64,000 nt of DNA from Myxococcota bacterium (GTDB taxonomy: Bacteria; Myxococcota_A; SURF-8): assembly GCA_965140415.1 (NCBI GenBank), contig OZ223209.1, forward strand, positions 544,001 to 608,000. The letters are read 5' to 3'. Below are positions 49,694-58,547 of this stretch, in pieces. The translations under genes and the position numbers were made by a program. The notes below the pieces were generated by a model. The model was not told where the DNA came from. It ran no database searches and saw only the letters and a program-made list of their open reading frames with translations. How positions within the stretch are numbered: position 1 is the stretch's first letter; every line of letters begins with the position of its first letter.

Positions 49694-52675
49694 ATGCCGC
49701 GCTGTCTCGCTTTCCGTCAATCGCTGTTGATCCTGCTTCTTCTGCTTGTGTTATTCGTATCCGCTTGCTCCTCTGACAGTGACGACTGCCAGGATGACTC
49801 CAACACACCAGCAGACGTGCAATTGCCTGCAAGCTGGACGGTTTCCATTTCCGCCACTGCACCCGATCCGGTCGCTTGGACGGCAGAGGACGTTCGCAGC
49901 TACTTGGAACAAATGGGTTTGACGGTAACATTGCAACAAAGCGACGGCGAAATCAGTTGCACGAACAATCAAGGCCAGGTGGTTTTTGTAGGTGACGGTC
50001 TGGGCGAGGCGATCTTCGACTCGGAATCGGCCAGCGAACAGACCTTTCGCATGGAGGAAACCCGCTGTGAAAACGGCATCTTGGTGCAACTCTCCGGTGG
50101 TGGTCTGCTTGGGCGGCAATACGCCGGGTATGAATGGCTGCACAAACTAGGCGTGCGCTTTTTCCATCCCGAAGAGGAATACGTCCCGACCTCTCCGAAA
50201 TGGCCAGTTGAGCCGCTGGTTTACGAACATACGCCTGCTTTCACCTGGCGCAGCGTCAGTCTGCACCTGACGCACCCGCTGGAACTGGGCGACGCCTTCA
50301 AACTGGACCCGGAAAATCTTTACCCGGAAGCCAAGCGTTATATCGACTGGCAGATCAAAAACGGCGCGAGTAACGGCCATGGCGGCGTCGGTTCGGACGA
50401 ATGGTCCGATTACGGTTTGCAGCGTGGTTTCGCCACCAGTACCGGCTTTTCGCTTTACAATCAGCAGCAGGGCGGCAGTAGCCTGATCGATCCCGACGAT
50501 CCCCGCTCCTCCGAACAGCAAGTAACCGACGCCATCGACGAGAAGATGGGCGACGACCCGGAAAACTACCCGGACCTCTTCGGCTTTACGTTCAATCCCA
50601 CCGAATTTACCGAACGCGACGACCGCGAGGTGGTACAGATTCTGACCCTGATTTCCAATTATATGGCGGAAAACTACCCGGATACCATCGTGATGTGCAT
50701 CAACCACGGCACCTACGGCGAACCGACCGATTTTTACGGCGTCCGTTATTACGACCTGCCGCAGTTCGCGCCGGAAAATCTGGGCGTCAAAGTACATACG
50801 CTGATGTTCTACGACCTGTTCCGCCCAGCGCCGATGTATGGAAATGAAAACTTCAATTTCGCCTACGATTTCATGGCACAGGAATATACCAAGCGTCGCC
50901 TGTGGCATTTCCCGGAAGCCGCCTGGTGGTTGACGTTCGACATTGCCGTACCGCTGTACTTGCCGATCACCATCGAAGCGCGCGACGTGGACATTCAAGG
51001 CATCGCTTTCATGCTTAACGGTGGCTTGGACGGCCACCACGTTTTCGGCACCGGGCACGAATGGGGCTACTGGCAAAACGAATACTGCTCCTTCCGCATG
51101 GCTATGGATCTGGATTATCGCTACACCGATTGCCTGGCCGATATCGCCAGCCCCATGGGAACGGCGGCCAATGAGGTGCAGTCCGTTCTGGACGACATGA
51201 TTCGCAGCCAGCAACGTGATCTGATTTACGGCGATATTTTGAAATTCCTGGTCGGAACCGATCCGGAAACCGAAGTCGCTGCAAGCATCGGCGTCGAATT
51301 TCACCCGCTGCCCCCTGCGCCGCTGGAAATCATGAGTTGGGATCTGGATACCGTGAACAAGTGGGTCACGCGCTTCGAACCTGAACTGCATCAAATGGAA
51401 ACCGACTACATGGCGTTTCTGGATCGACTGGCGGCGGTGGAAGCACAAGTACCCGAAGGCGGCTTGCCTTGGTTCAACGAAATCCGGGACGGCATCGAAG
51501 TCAGTATGCTGCGCGCACGCCACGCCCGGCAGGTATACGGCGCGGTCATCACCTTGCGTCGCGCCCAGTTGACGGTCAACGCCGAAATGGAAACCCAGGC
51601 GACTGAATTACTTGAAGCCGCGAAGCAGAGCACGGCAGACGCCCTGGAAGTCATCGCGCGCCGTGAGCAGGGTTATCGCTATCAGCCGGTCAGCCGCAGT
51701 ATCGACGGTGGCGAAAACTGCGACAGCGACGAAAACTGGACGATTTACAAGTACCGTTATCTCTGCCGCACACATACCGGCTATTATTACACACGCATCG
51801 ACGGCCTGGTGGAAGAAGCCATGCAAGGTTCCAGCGATCCCGTCGCCGTGCAGGACGCGTTGTTGGGCGACGATGAAAAGCTGGTGCTAGATGTCATCGA
51901 TCCGGGGTTAAGCAATGTCAGTGTCGATCTGGGCGACGGCAACAGCGCCACGGGAACGCACATCGAACACGAGTACGCCGCTTCTGGCGTTTACGATCTT
52001 TCTTTGACGGCGGAAAAAGAGGGCTCGCCATACAAATTCACCGGTAGCATCGCCAAACTGAGTACGCAGTACATCACCGGTTTCAGTGGAAAAATCAAGG
52101 AACCCGCCGGGGTGTCGATCATCGAATCGGTATTGCCGGGGCTGGTTTTCGGACCCATCGACGGCGGCAAGCTGGCGCTGGGCTTTTCTCCCAATCGACA
52201 GAATACGGTTGGTTTGACCGAATGGATGAAGCTCAATTCATCCGCTGCGGACGTCCTGTTCGACAGCAACCCGGCGGATCTTTCGGTGCCGGTCATCAGC
52301 CGCAGTAACGGCACGATCCAAACCTACATCCTGGTTAAAGACGGAAAGCTCACCTTGGAGGATATCGACTCCAAAGCCGTGATCAACGGTTTACTGGGTG
52401 TGGAGGAAGTCGTACAGGCGGTGGTGGCCATCGGCGGATTCGAGGAAGAGGGCGCACGCGATATGGTCGCCGGATTTTTAGGCTACACCCCGGACACGCT
52501 GCCGGAGAGCGTCCCGTTTGAAATCGAATTCACCTTGCAAGGTCAGCAGGTCGAGCCCGACGGAGACACGGAAGACGGCGATGCGACTGATGGCGACAAC
52601 CCGGATGGAGATTCCGTTGACGGCGATACCGCCGACGGTGATGCAATCGATGGCGATCAGGAGATCGCAGGATAA
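49694..52675 (+). CDS. Large lipoprotein: glycoside-hydrolase-like N-terminal region, PKD domain, C-terminal DGD repeats
   Basis: VSAC lipobox; GRQYAGYEWLHKLGVRFFHP..HTPAFTWR pattern; VDLGDG..HEYAASGVY PKD; seven DGD at 5-aa period. Confidence 0.75.
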   Translation: MPRCLAFRQSLLILLLLLVLFVSACSSDSDDCQDDSNTPADVQLPASWTVSISATAPDPVAWTAEDVRSYLEQMGLTVTLQQSDGEISCTNNQGQVVFVGDGLGEAIFDSESASEQTFRMEETRCENGILVQLSGGGLLGRQYAGYEWLHKLGVRFFHPEEEYVPTSPKWPVEPLVYEHTPAFTWRSVSLHLTHPLELGDAFKLDPENLYPEAKRYIDWQIKNGASNGHGGVGSDEWSDYGLQRGFATSTGFSLYNQQQGGSSLIDPDDPRSSEQQVTDAIDEKMGDDPENYPDLFGFTFNPTEFTERDDREVVQILTLISNYMAENYPDTIVMCINHGTYGEPTDFYGVRYYDLPQFAPENLGVKVHTLMFYDLFRPAPMYGNENFNFAYDFMAQEYTKRRLWHFPEAAWWLTFDIAVPLYLPITIEARDVDIQGIAFMLNGGLDGHHVFGTGHEWGYWQNEYCSFRMAMDLDYRYTDCLADIASPMGTAANEVQSVLDDMIRSQQRDLIYGDILKFLVGTDPETEVAASIGVEFHPLPPAPLEIMSWDLDTVNKWVTRFEPELHQMETDYMAFLDRLAAVEAQVPEGGLPWFNEIRDGIEVSMLRARHARQVYGAVITLRRAQLTVNAEMETQATELLEAAKQSTADALEVIARREQGYRYQPVSRSIDGGENCDSDENWTIYKYRYLCRTHTGYYYTRIDGLVEEAMQGSSDPVAVQDALLGDDEKLVLDVIDPGLSNVSVDLGDGNSATGTHIEHEYAASGVYDLSLTAEKEGSPYKFTGSIAKLSTQYITGFSGKIKEPAGVSIIESVLPGLVFGPIDGGKLALGFSPNRQNTVGLTEWMKLNSSAADVLFDSNPADLSVPVISRSNGTIQTYILVKDGKLTLEDIDSKAVINGLLGVEEVVQAVVAIGGFEEEGARDMVAGFLGYTPDTLPESVPFEIEFTLQGQQVEPDGDTEDGDATDGDNPDGDSVDGDTADGDAIDGDQEIAG

Positions 52676-52684
52676 CCGGCAATA

Positions 52685-53530
52685 ATGAAGGGATTGCGCA
52701 TGACGTGTGTACGATGGATCAGGTTGACGGAGCTTTTGCTGCTTTTCGTGTTGCTCATGCCTGCCTCCATTTCCAGAGCGAGTTTGGAGAACGAAGCCCA
52801 GTCTCTGCCTGCGCCTCCGGCTACGCCGAGCATCGAACTTTATACCGACTGGCGCATCGCTCCGGTAGTCGAAGATGTGGCGCGCCCCTTGCGCAGTGCC
52901 GGTATGCTTAATGTCAACTTGCATTCCTCTTCCAGTCTGCTGGCTTTCAAGAAGGTGGAGAAAGATGCTGCACACGCGGATGTGTTGATCGTGCAAAGCT
53001 GGTCGGTCATGGAACTGGCGATCAAGGCCGGGCTTGTCAATCGGCAGGACGTCATCACGCTGGCCAGCGATCGCCTTATCATGGCAGTGCGAACGAGCGA
53101 AAAGATTACGATGAATCCCTTGGATTTGCTGAAGAACAGCAAACCGGGGCAGCTATCGATTTGCGATCCTTCCAGTTGCCTGGCTGGTTTGCATGCGGAA
53201 AATGCCTTGAAGCGCATCGGACTTTGGAAAAAAACCGGAGAACGCGCCAAGCGCTATCCCAGTGTCGTGTTAGCCATTCAGGCCGTGGAACGAGGTGACA
53301 GCGACGGCGCCATCGTCTATCGCAGCGACATCGCGGGACACGAAACACTCAAGCAGGGTATGTCCTTTCCGAAGAACGCCTATCTTCCGATTTTGTATTT
53401 CGCCGCGCCCATCGCGCAGAGCAAAGATAAAACCAGCACGATCTCTTTTATCCGCAAACTGGTCGGTAAGGATTCTGGCGAAATCTGGATGAAACACGGC
53501 TTCAGCCCACCACCGGAAGGCATGCCCTGA
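52685..53530 (+). CDS. ModA-like periplasmic binding protein (divergent)
   Basis: ICDPSSCLAG, VERGDSDGAIVYRSD, PILY, HGF motifs; canonical AAAS motif absent. Confidence 0.7.
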   Translation: MKGLRMTCVRWIRLTELLLLFVLLMPASISRASLENEAQSLPAPPATPSIELYTDWRIAPVVEDVARPLRSAGMLNVNLHSSSSLLAFKKVEKDAAHADVLIVQSWSVMELAIKAGLVNRQDVITLASDRLIMAVRTSEKITMNPLDLLKNSKPGQLSICDPSSCLAGLHAENALKRIGLWKKTGERAKRYPSVVLAIQAVERGDSDGAIVYRSDIAGHETLKQGMSFPKNAYLPILYFAAPIAQSKDKTSTISFIRKLVGKDSGEIWMKHGFSPPPEGMP

Positions 53531-53706
53531 AGAATTGGTGGAATTGTTTATCGGATTGTCAGTCATTGTCGAGTGAAAACAGCCTACTTTTGTTACGACT
53601 GTTGGCTGACAAGAAAGTTGCCTGACGTAGGCAGCCATGCTAGATTGACGATTATGCAGTTGATCGTGGTCGTTCCGTTTTTCTCTCCTGATTGGGTAGG
53701 TAGACT

Positions 53707-54222
53707 GTGAACCATACATTCCACACTTCTCGAAGCGTTCGACTGTTATTAATGGCAATCAGTCTCACTTTCCTTTGTACATGCGGAGACGGAAACTTGT
53801 CTTCAGAAGATATCGCCAGTGGGCTTGCCGATAGATTGACCCAAAATCTGACGTTCATCAAAGGAGAAAGCGTTGCTGGAGGTCCACCTCCTTACCATGA
53901 GGGCTCAGATTGGCCACAAGTTGAGTTTGTCGATCCTCCCCAGCAGACGGTTCGGCTAGGCGATAGCTTTGAAATGGATATTAAAGCCATTTTCGACTCG
54001 CCTCAGCAAATCGATGGGGCTATGGTCTGGGTAAAAGATTCCAACTTTCATATTGATATCCGAGATTCGGTGAATCTTGATACAATGAAACTACATCTTG
54101 AAGCGAAACTTCTTTCCGACCCCGAACTGGCAGGTAAGACTTTCGATCTCTACGTTTCACTTTACCTGGGTGCGGAAACCGGACTGCACGAAACATGGCG
54201 AATCGAGATTCCTGAAGAATAG
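53707..54222 (+). CDS. Hypothetical lipoprotein
   Basis: 171 aa, GTG start, hydrophobic stretch ending LCTC. Confidence 0.6.
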   Translation: MNHTFHTSRSVRLLLMAISLTFLCTCGDGNLSSEDIASGLADRLTQNLTFIKGESVAGGPPPYHEGSDWPQVEFVDPPQQTVRLGDSFEMDIKAIFDSPQQIDGAMVWVKDSNFHIDIRDSVNLDTMKLHLEAKLLSDPELAGKTFDLYVSLYLGAETGLHETWRIEIPEE

Positions 54223-54298
54223 GAGTCTTGTCTTAGGTATTTTGTCGGATGAAAATCACATAGCTTAACTGATTATTTTAATGTCAGTCGATGGGTTT

Positions 54299-54875
54299 AA
54301 ATCCCTCGCCTTTAGGCGAAACCTTGAGGTTTTTCAATTGAGCGTGATAATGTCTTTGTCATGGAGAAATATCGCACCAGTTCGCATTCGCGTTTCGACC
54401 TGAAGTATCACTTTGTTTGGATAACGAAGTATCGGAAACCCATTCTTTCCGGCGCGGTAGGCAAGCGACTAAGGGATTTGGTAATTGAAGTTTGCAAGGC
54501 GAATGAGATCGAAATACTGCAAGGGCATGTAGCCAAAGATCACGTTCATCTGTTCGTGTCGTGTCCTCCGAATTTGTCTCCAAGCAAGATCATGCAGAAG
54601 ATCAAAGGAAAATCGTCACGGAAACTGATGATGGAGTTCAAGCACGTGCAAAAAGCTTTCTGGGGTCGTCATTTGTGGGCGCGAGGCTACTTTGTTGCGA
54701 GCAGCGGTAATGTGACGGATGAGACGATTCAGGAATATATCCGATTGCAGGAAGAAGGGGAACCGCCGGACGGTGGAGCCAATTTCAGAGTTGAGGGCGA
54801 AGATGCGTGACGACTTGAGTCGTCACGCCGTTGAACGACCACCCATAAATCCTTCGCCTTTAGGCGAAGGTAGTT
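54299..54875 (+). mobile_element. IS200-like element (IS200/IS605 family, tnpA only)
   Basis: Subterminal hairpins TCGCC-TTTA-GGCGA at 54306-54319 and CCTTCGCC-TTTA-GGCGAAGG at 54851-54870, both preceded by AAATCC; exact ends uncertain. Confidence 0.85.
54361..54810 (+). CDS. tnpA: IS200/IS605 Y1 transposase
   Basis: YHFVWITKYRK, HUH motif DHVH, LWARGYF, catalytic Tyr in EYIRLQ. Confidence 0.96.
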   Translation: MEKYRTSSHSRFDLKYHFVWITKYRKPILSGAVGKRLRDLVIEVCKANEIEILQGHVAKDHVHLFVSCPPNLSPSKIMQKIKGKSSRKLMMEFKHVQKAFWGRHLWARGYFVASSGNVTDETIQEYIRLQEEGEPPDGGANFRVEGEDA

Positions 54876-54891
54876 TAATTCCTGCTCCTGC

Positions 54892-55686
54892 CTAAGAGTT
54901 CCTAGCATTTGCCCGCGCTTTTTGTCGTTCAAATACATTTCCGATAAATTTGACTGCAAGCAGGGCACCGATCAGTAGCATCACTCGGCCACATACAAAA
55001 AAAATAATGCTCCATTCCATGCTGCTGTCACTATAGCGTTTGGCGGCCCATTCGAAAATATTGGATATCAGCCAGAGTCCCCACATTATGGAAATGAATG
55101 TCGCTGCGTTTTTTCCGCTTTCCTTTTCTTTCGATGAATCCGCACCACTTTCATTCCAAATCATTTTCATGATGGTATACGGTCTGACCAGATTATAGAA
55201 CGGGATAAAAAACCAGGCGATAATCCACCCCGGTTTAATGGAAAAACTTTTATCCTGTAACGCATGAATATTCTTTGCCATGCGAAGGAGACACGACACG
55301 AAAAGGATGATGGAAGCTACCTGTAATAGATGATTGATCCAAAGAAATGCGAGAGTGCCGCTCTCGATACCCGTAGGATAATACTCGAGTGAAATTAGAG
55401 ACTCAAAGATTGGTCTGTTTTTATCAAGCAACAGGTAAATGATGATCGTCAGTAAATTTGTAGCGGCAAAGGCAAGTAAAATCCTTGTCGTCCATGCTTT
55501 TAACTTTGAAGGAATATAGAAGCGATAGGCTTTGGTGATTGTAACCTTGCCCTGGTTTTCCTCGCGTCGTTGAAGATAGCCAAGATAAATCAGAGACCAG
55601 CCTATGGTGATGCTCAGAATAAATAATATGCAGAGAACGACTTCGCCCAAAGTGAATCCTTCGCAATATGAAACGATTTCAGTCAT
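54892..55686 (-). CDS. Membrane protein (DUF4328-like)
   Basis: Multiple TM helices; PGWIIAWFFIPFYNLVRPY motif. Confidence 0.75.
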   Translation of the reverse strand: MTEIVSYCEGFTLGEVVLCILFILSITIGWSLIYLGYLQRREENQGKVTITKAYRFYIPSKLKAWTTRILLAFAATNLLTIIIYLLLDKNRPIFESLISLEYYPTGIESGTLAFLWINHLLQVASIILFVSCLLRMAKNIHALQDKSFSIKPGWIIAWFFIPFYNLVRPYTIMKMIWNESGADSSKEKESGKNAATFISIMWGLWLISNIFEWAAKRYSDSSMEWSIIFFVCGRVMLLIGALLAVKFIGNVFERQKARANARNS

Positions 55687-56968
55687 TGCTTTTCTTCTCC
55701 TCGGATTCACTGGCCAATTTGAAATTCAATAGAAATGTGGGCTCATTCCAGTAAGTAGGTTTTGCTTTGGCTATTCCTCCTTTATCCACCAAATCTTTTC
55801 CCACAGAGTAGAAGAGCTTTTCCCCCGGCTTGTACTTGAACGGTTGCCGGGTATACGGATCGAGTGGTAGTTCATCGAAATAATTCGGGACAAGATCGTT
55901 AAGACTATCAGGCAGGCGATGGTTATCCTCTGCATAGCAGCGCAGCGCAAGTTTCAGGAGGGCAGCTTCGGATAAGCCATTATTTCGAATTCTTACCCAC
56001 AGATAGTCTTTAAAAACATCAACAAAAAACTCGCGATCCCTTTCTGTGGACCAGTATAAGTTCTGCACGGTCAGTTCATCATGAAAAGGGAGGTGATCTA
56101 ATTCTTCATATTCCCAATCTACAGCCTCGATCAGATTTCTGAAACGGGTCGCCATTTCACGAACCATTTTGTTTTTAAATGGCGACAAGTAATAGATTTT
56201 CCAGATTATTCTGATTCTGGAATTCGTTTCTTCTGCAAGAAAGTGACATTGATCCAAACTGGATACATTAATCATGTATTCACCACGCAAGCCATTCCGA
56301 TAATGACCGATCCATCCATCGGGTCTTTGCAGAAGAGTATCAATCCTCTGTCTCGACTGACATGGGAAGCCCGGTTCGTCCATCAGATCGAGTAGAGCCG
56401 AAATCATGAATTTTTCCATTTGCTCGGCGATCATGACTTCGATCAGGCTCCCTTTAAGTGTAAGGATACGATTGGACAAGTCATGGATGCGACTGAGATC
56501 ATTGATTGCCTCATCCCAGTTACCATCGGAATAGTGAACGTAGGATCGAATCGCCAACAATCGTGCGAGTTGAATCCACCCGCTTTGATAGTAACTTTCA
56601 TAACTCATTTGAGGAGGATAGAACCGTTCTGCTTTTGGAAGGGTTAAAGCTCGATCAAGTTTCTGAAATAGTAGGTCATTCTCTGTAATTAAAGAAGAAG
56701 CCAGCTCGGAATTCCAATTCTCCGGATACGATCCAATCATAGATTCAAGAGTCTTTTCCAAGTGCTTCGGTGATGTTGCAGCTTTTCCAATCTCTACCAG
56801 AACTGGAAAAGCATTTTCATGTTGCGGGACATGGCCATACTCAAACCTGAGATCCGAATCGTCAACGGCTTCAAACGCGGCAAACTTGTAATAAAATAGA
56901 ATCGCCCCAACGATAATAAGGCAATTGAGAACCACAACCAGGATGGCAAATTTCCGGTATTTTCTCAT
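55679..56968 (-). CDS. Hypothetical membrane-anchored helical protein
   Basis: N-terminal TM; C-terminal LPDSLNDLVPNY..LPLDPY..YSVGKD pseudopilin-like segment. Confidence 0.75.
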   Translation of the reverse strand: MRKYRKFAILVVVLNCLIIVGAILFYYKFAAFEAVDDSDLRFEYGHVPQHENAFPVLVEIGKAATSPKHLEKTLESMIGSYPENWNSELASSLITENDLLFQKLDRALTLPKAERFYPPQMSYESYYQSGWIQLARLLAIRSYVHYSDGNWDEAINDLSRIHDLSNRILTLKGSLIEVMIAEQMEKFMISALLDLMDEPGFPCQSRQRIDTLLQRPDGWIGHYRNGLRGEYMINVSSLDQCHFLAEETNSRIRIIWKIYYLSPFKNKMVREMATRFRNLIEAVDWEYEELDHLPFHDELTVQNLYWSTERDREFFVDVFKDYLWVRIRNNGLSEAALLKLALRCYAEDNHRLPDSLNDLVPNYFDELPLDPYTRQPFKYKPGEKLFYSVGKDLVDKGGIAKAKPTYWNEPTFLLNFKLASESEEKKSND

Positions 56969-57354
56969 TGATTTCCTTTTATCATGTTGTTCCCGCGTCA
57001 ACTCTTCGTCATCAAATCGATATGTCGAGCTTCGTATGCCGGGTGTTCGTCACCCGAGCCCCAAAGTTACTATGGTTGTCTGTGCATAATTTATACGATC
57101 ATCCTACACATGGATTGAAAAGGGCACAAGAGAAAAGACCCGGCTTGCTTGGCTGGGTTTGCAAAGCGACCACAAGTCTCATTCACCCACTCGTTGCCAA
57201 CTTGCCAAGTTTTGATATTTAGGTTATACTTCGCAAATCGTACGTTCATGGTGCGAGGGGAAGCAGTATACCCAACTACATTATTGAGGGATGCAGCAGT
57301 CATGAAGTCATGACGGAGGTATCCTGTATCATTCCCGTTTTGAAGGAGGATGTT

Positions 57355-58248
57355 ATGATGAGAGCTCTGTTCATGGCGTTTGCGGTGGTGATGTCGTTGT
57401 CGCTGATCCTGTTTGCCTGTAGTTCCAGTTCCCGAAGCGATGAAGAACTCTGCCAGGACGTGGTGGAAGCCTACTGTAAAAAATCGGTCGAGTGCGGCTC
57501 GGGCGGTCTGATTTTCGGCGTAACGGACGCCTCACAATGCGCCGCCGTGGCGGTATCGGAATGCAAGGATGATGAAGGCGAAGACGGCGACGACAGCTCC
57601 CAAAATTGTTCGGTTCCCGCAGAATCGACCATCGATGCCTGTATCGCACAGATGGGCCAGACCGAGTGCTCCGAGTTTGCCAACCTGGTAAACGTTGAAG
57701 GCCCCTGCAAGCAAGCCTATGATGCAATTGCCTGCGACGAAGAAGACCTGGACGGCGATAGCACCACGACCGATGGCGATAACACCACGACTGACGGCGA
57801 TAATGCTACGACCGATGGCGACAGCACCACGACAGACGGTGATAACGTCACAACCGATGGTGATCTGCCGACAGTCAATACCGCAGCCTGCGTTGCGGCG
57901 ATCAACTCCAGTTGCGATGTGGGAGACGCCTGCGTGCAGAAGTTCCCGAATCTGCCTGCAAAAGTCACGGGTTTTGTGGACAACTGCGACACGACGTTGG
58001 CTTCCAAACAGGCGGAGATCGAAAGCGCCTGTCAGGATTATCTGCAAACGGGCTTGCAGGCGGGCGATCCGTTGGCTGCCAATTTGAATAGTGCCTCGGC
58101 TGCGGTGGTGGAAGCCTGCGCGGGTGACATTAGTTGCGACTTGACCTTCGCTTCGGATCTGGCCGATGCTTACACCAACTACACCACCTCGAATTCGTCG
58201 ACGGACATGGCCGCGCTGTTGGCGCTGTTGCTGGCGGAGTGTTTTTAA
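57355..58248 (+). CDS. Lipoprotein with two Cys-rich helical domains joined by a DGD repeat linker
   Basis: AAGGAGG RBS; LFAC lipobox; six DGD at 7-aa period. Confidence 0.85.
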   Translation: MMRALFMAFAVVMSLSLILFACSSSSRSDEELCQDVVEAYCKKSVECGSGGLIFGVTDASQCAAVAVSECKDDEGEDGDDSSQNCSVPAESTIDACIAQMGQTECSEFANLVNVEGPCKQAYDAIACDEEDLDGDSTTTDGDNTTTDGDNATTDGDSTTTDGDNVTTDGDLPTVNTAACVAAINSSCDVGDACVQKFPNLPAKVTGFVDNCDTTLASKQAEIESACQDYLQTGLQAGDPLAANLNSASAAVVEACAGDISCDLTFASDLADAYTNYTTSNSSTDMAALLALLLAECF

Positions 58249-58435
58249 AGAGCAGGGTTATCCACCCAGTGTGAATTGAATTGCGTCACAACAAAGGGTG
58301 CCACGGTTTTTCGCGAATGGCGAATGGCCGTGTAAACCAGAAGATTCCGGGCCATCGATTCATGCCGAATCGAAGACCCGGGCACCCATTTCCAATAGTT
58401 CAAATCAACTGATCGTGACTATACTCTCTAACCCC

Positions 58436-58479
58436 ATAAAGCAGCCGCGTCCCCGTCAATCGACGGAGACGCGGTTTTT
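58436..58479. terminator. Probable bidirectional terminator
   Basis: CCGCGTCCCCGTC-AATC-GACGGAGACGCGG with T-tract on plus and A-tract upstream; between convergent genes. Confidence 0.65.
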
Positions 58480-58547
58480 CTCTTTCTCTACTTATTGTGG
58501 AGACGCTACAAGGGGCAGATGATCACCAGTCGGCAGTTGGCGATCAC

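Noticed and set aside
54361-54810. RAYT (REP-associated transposase) or TnpB-carrying element
   Set aside because: Typical short IS200 TnpA with its own end hairpins; no flanking REP arrays and no tnpB
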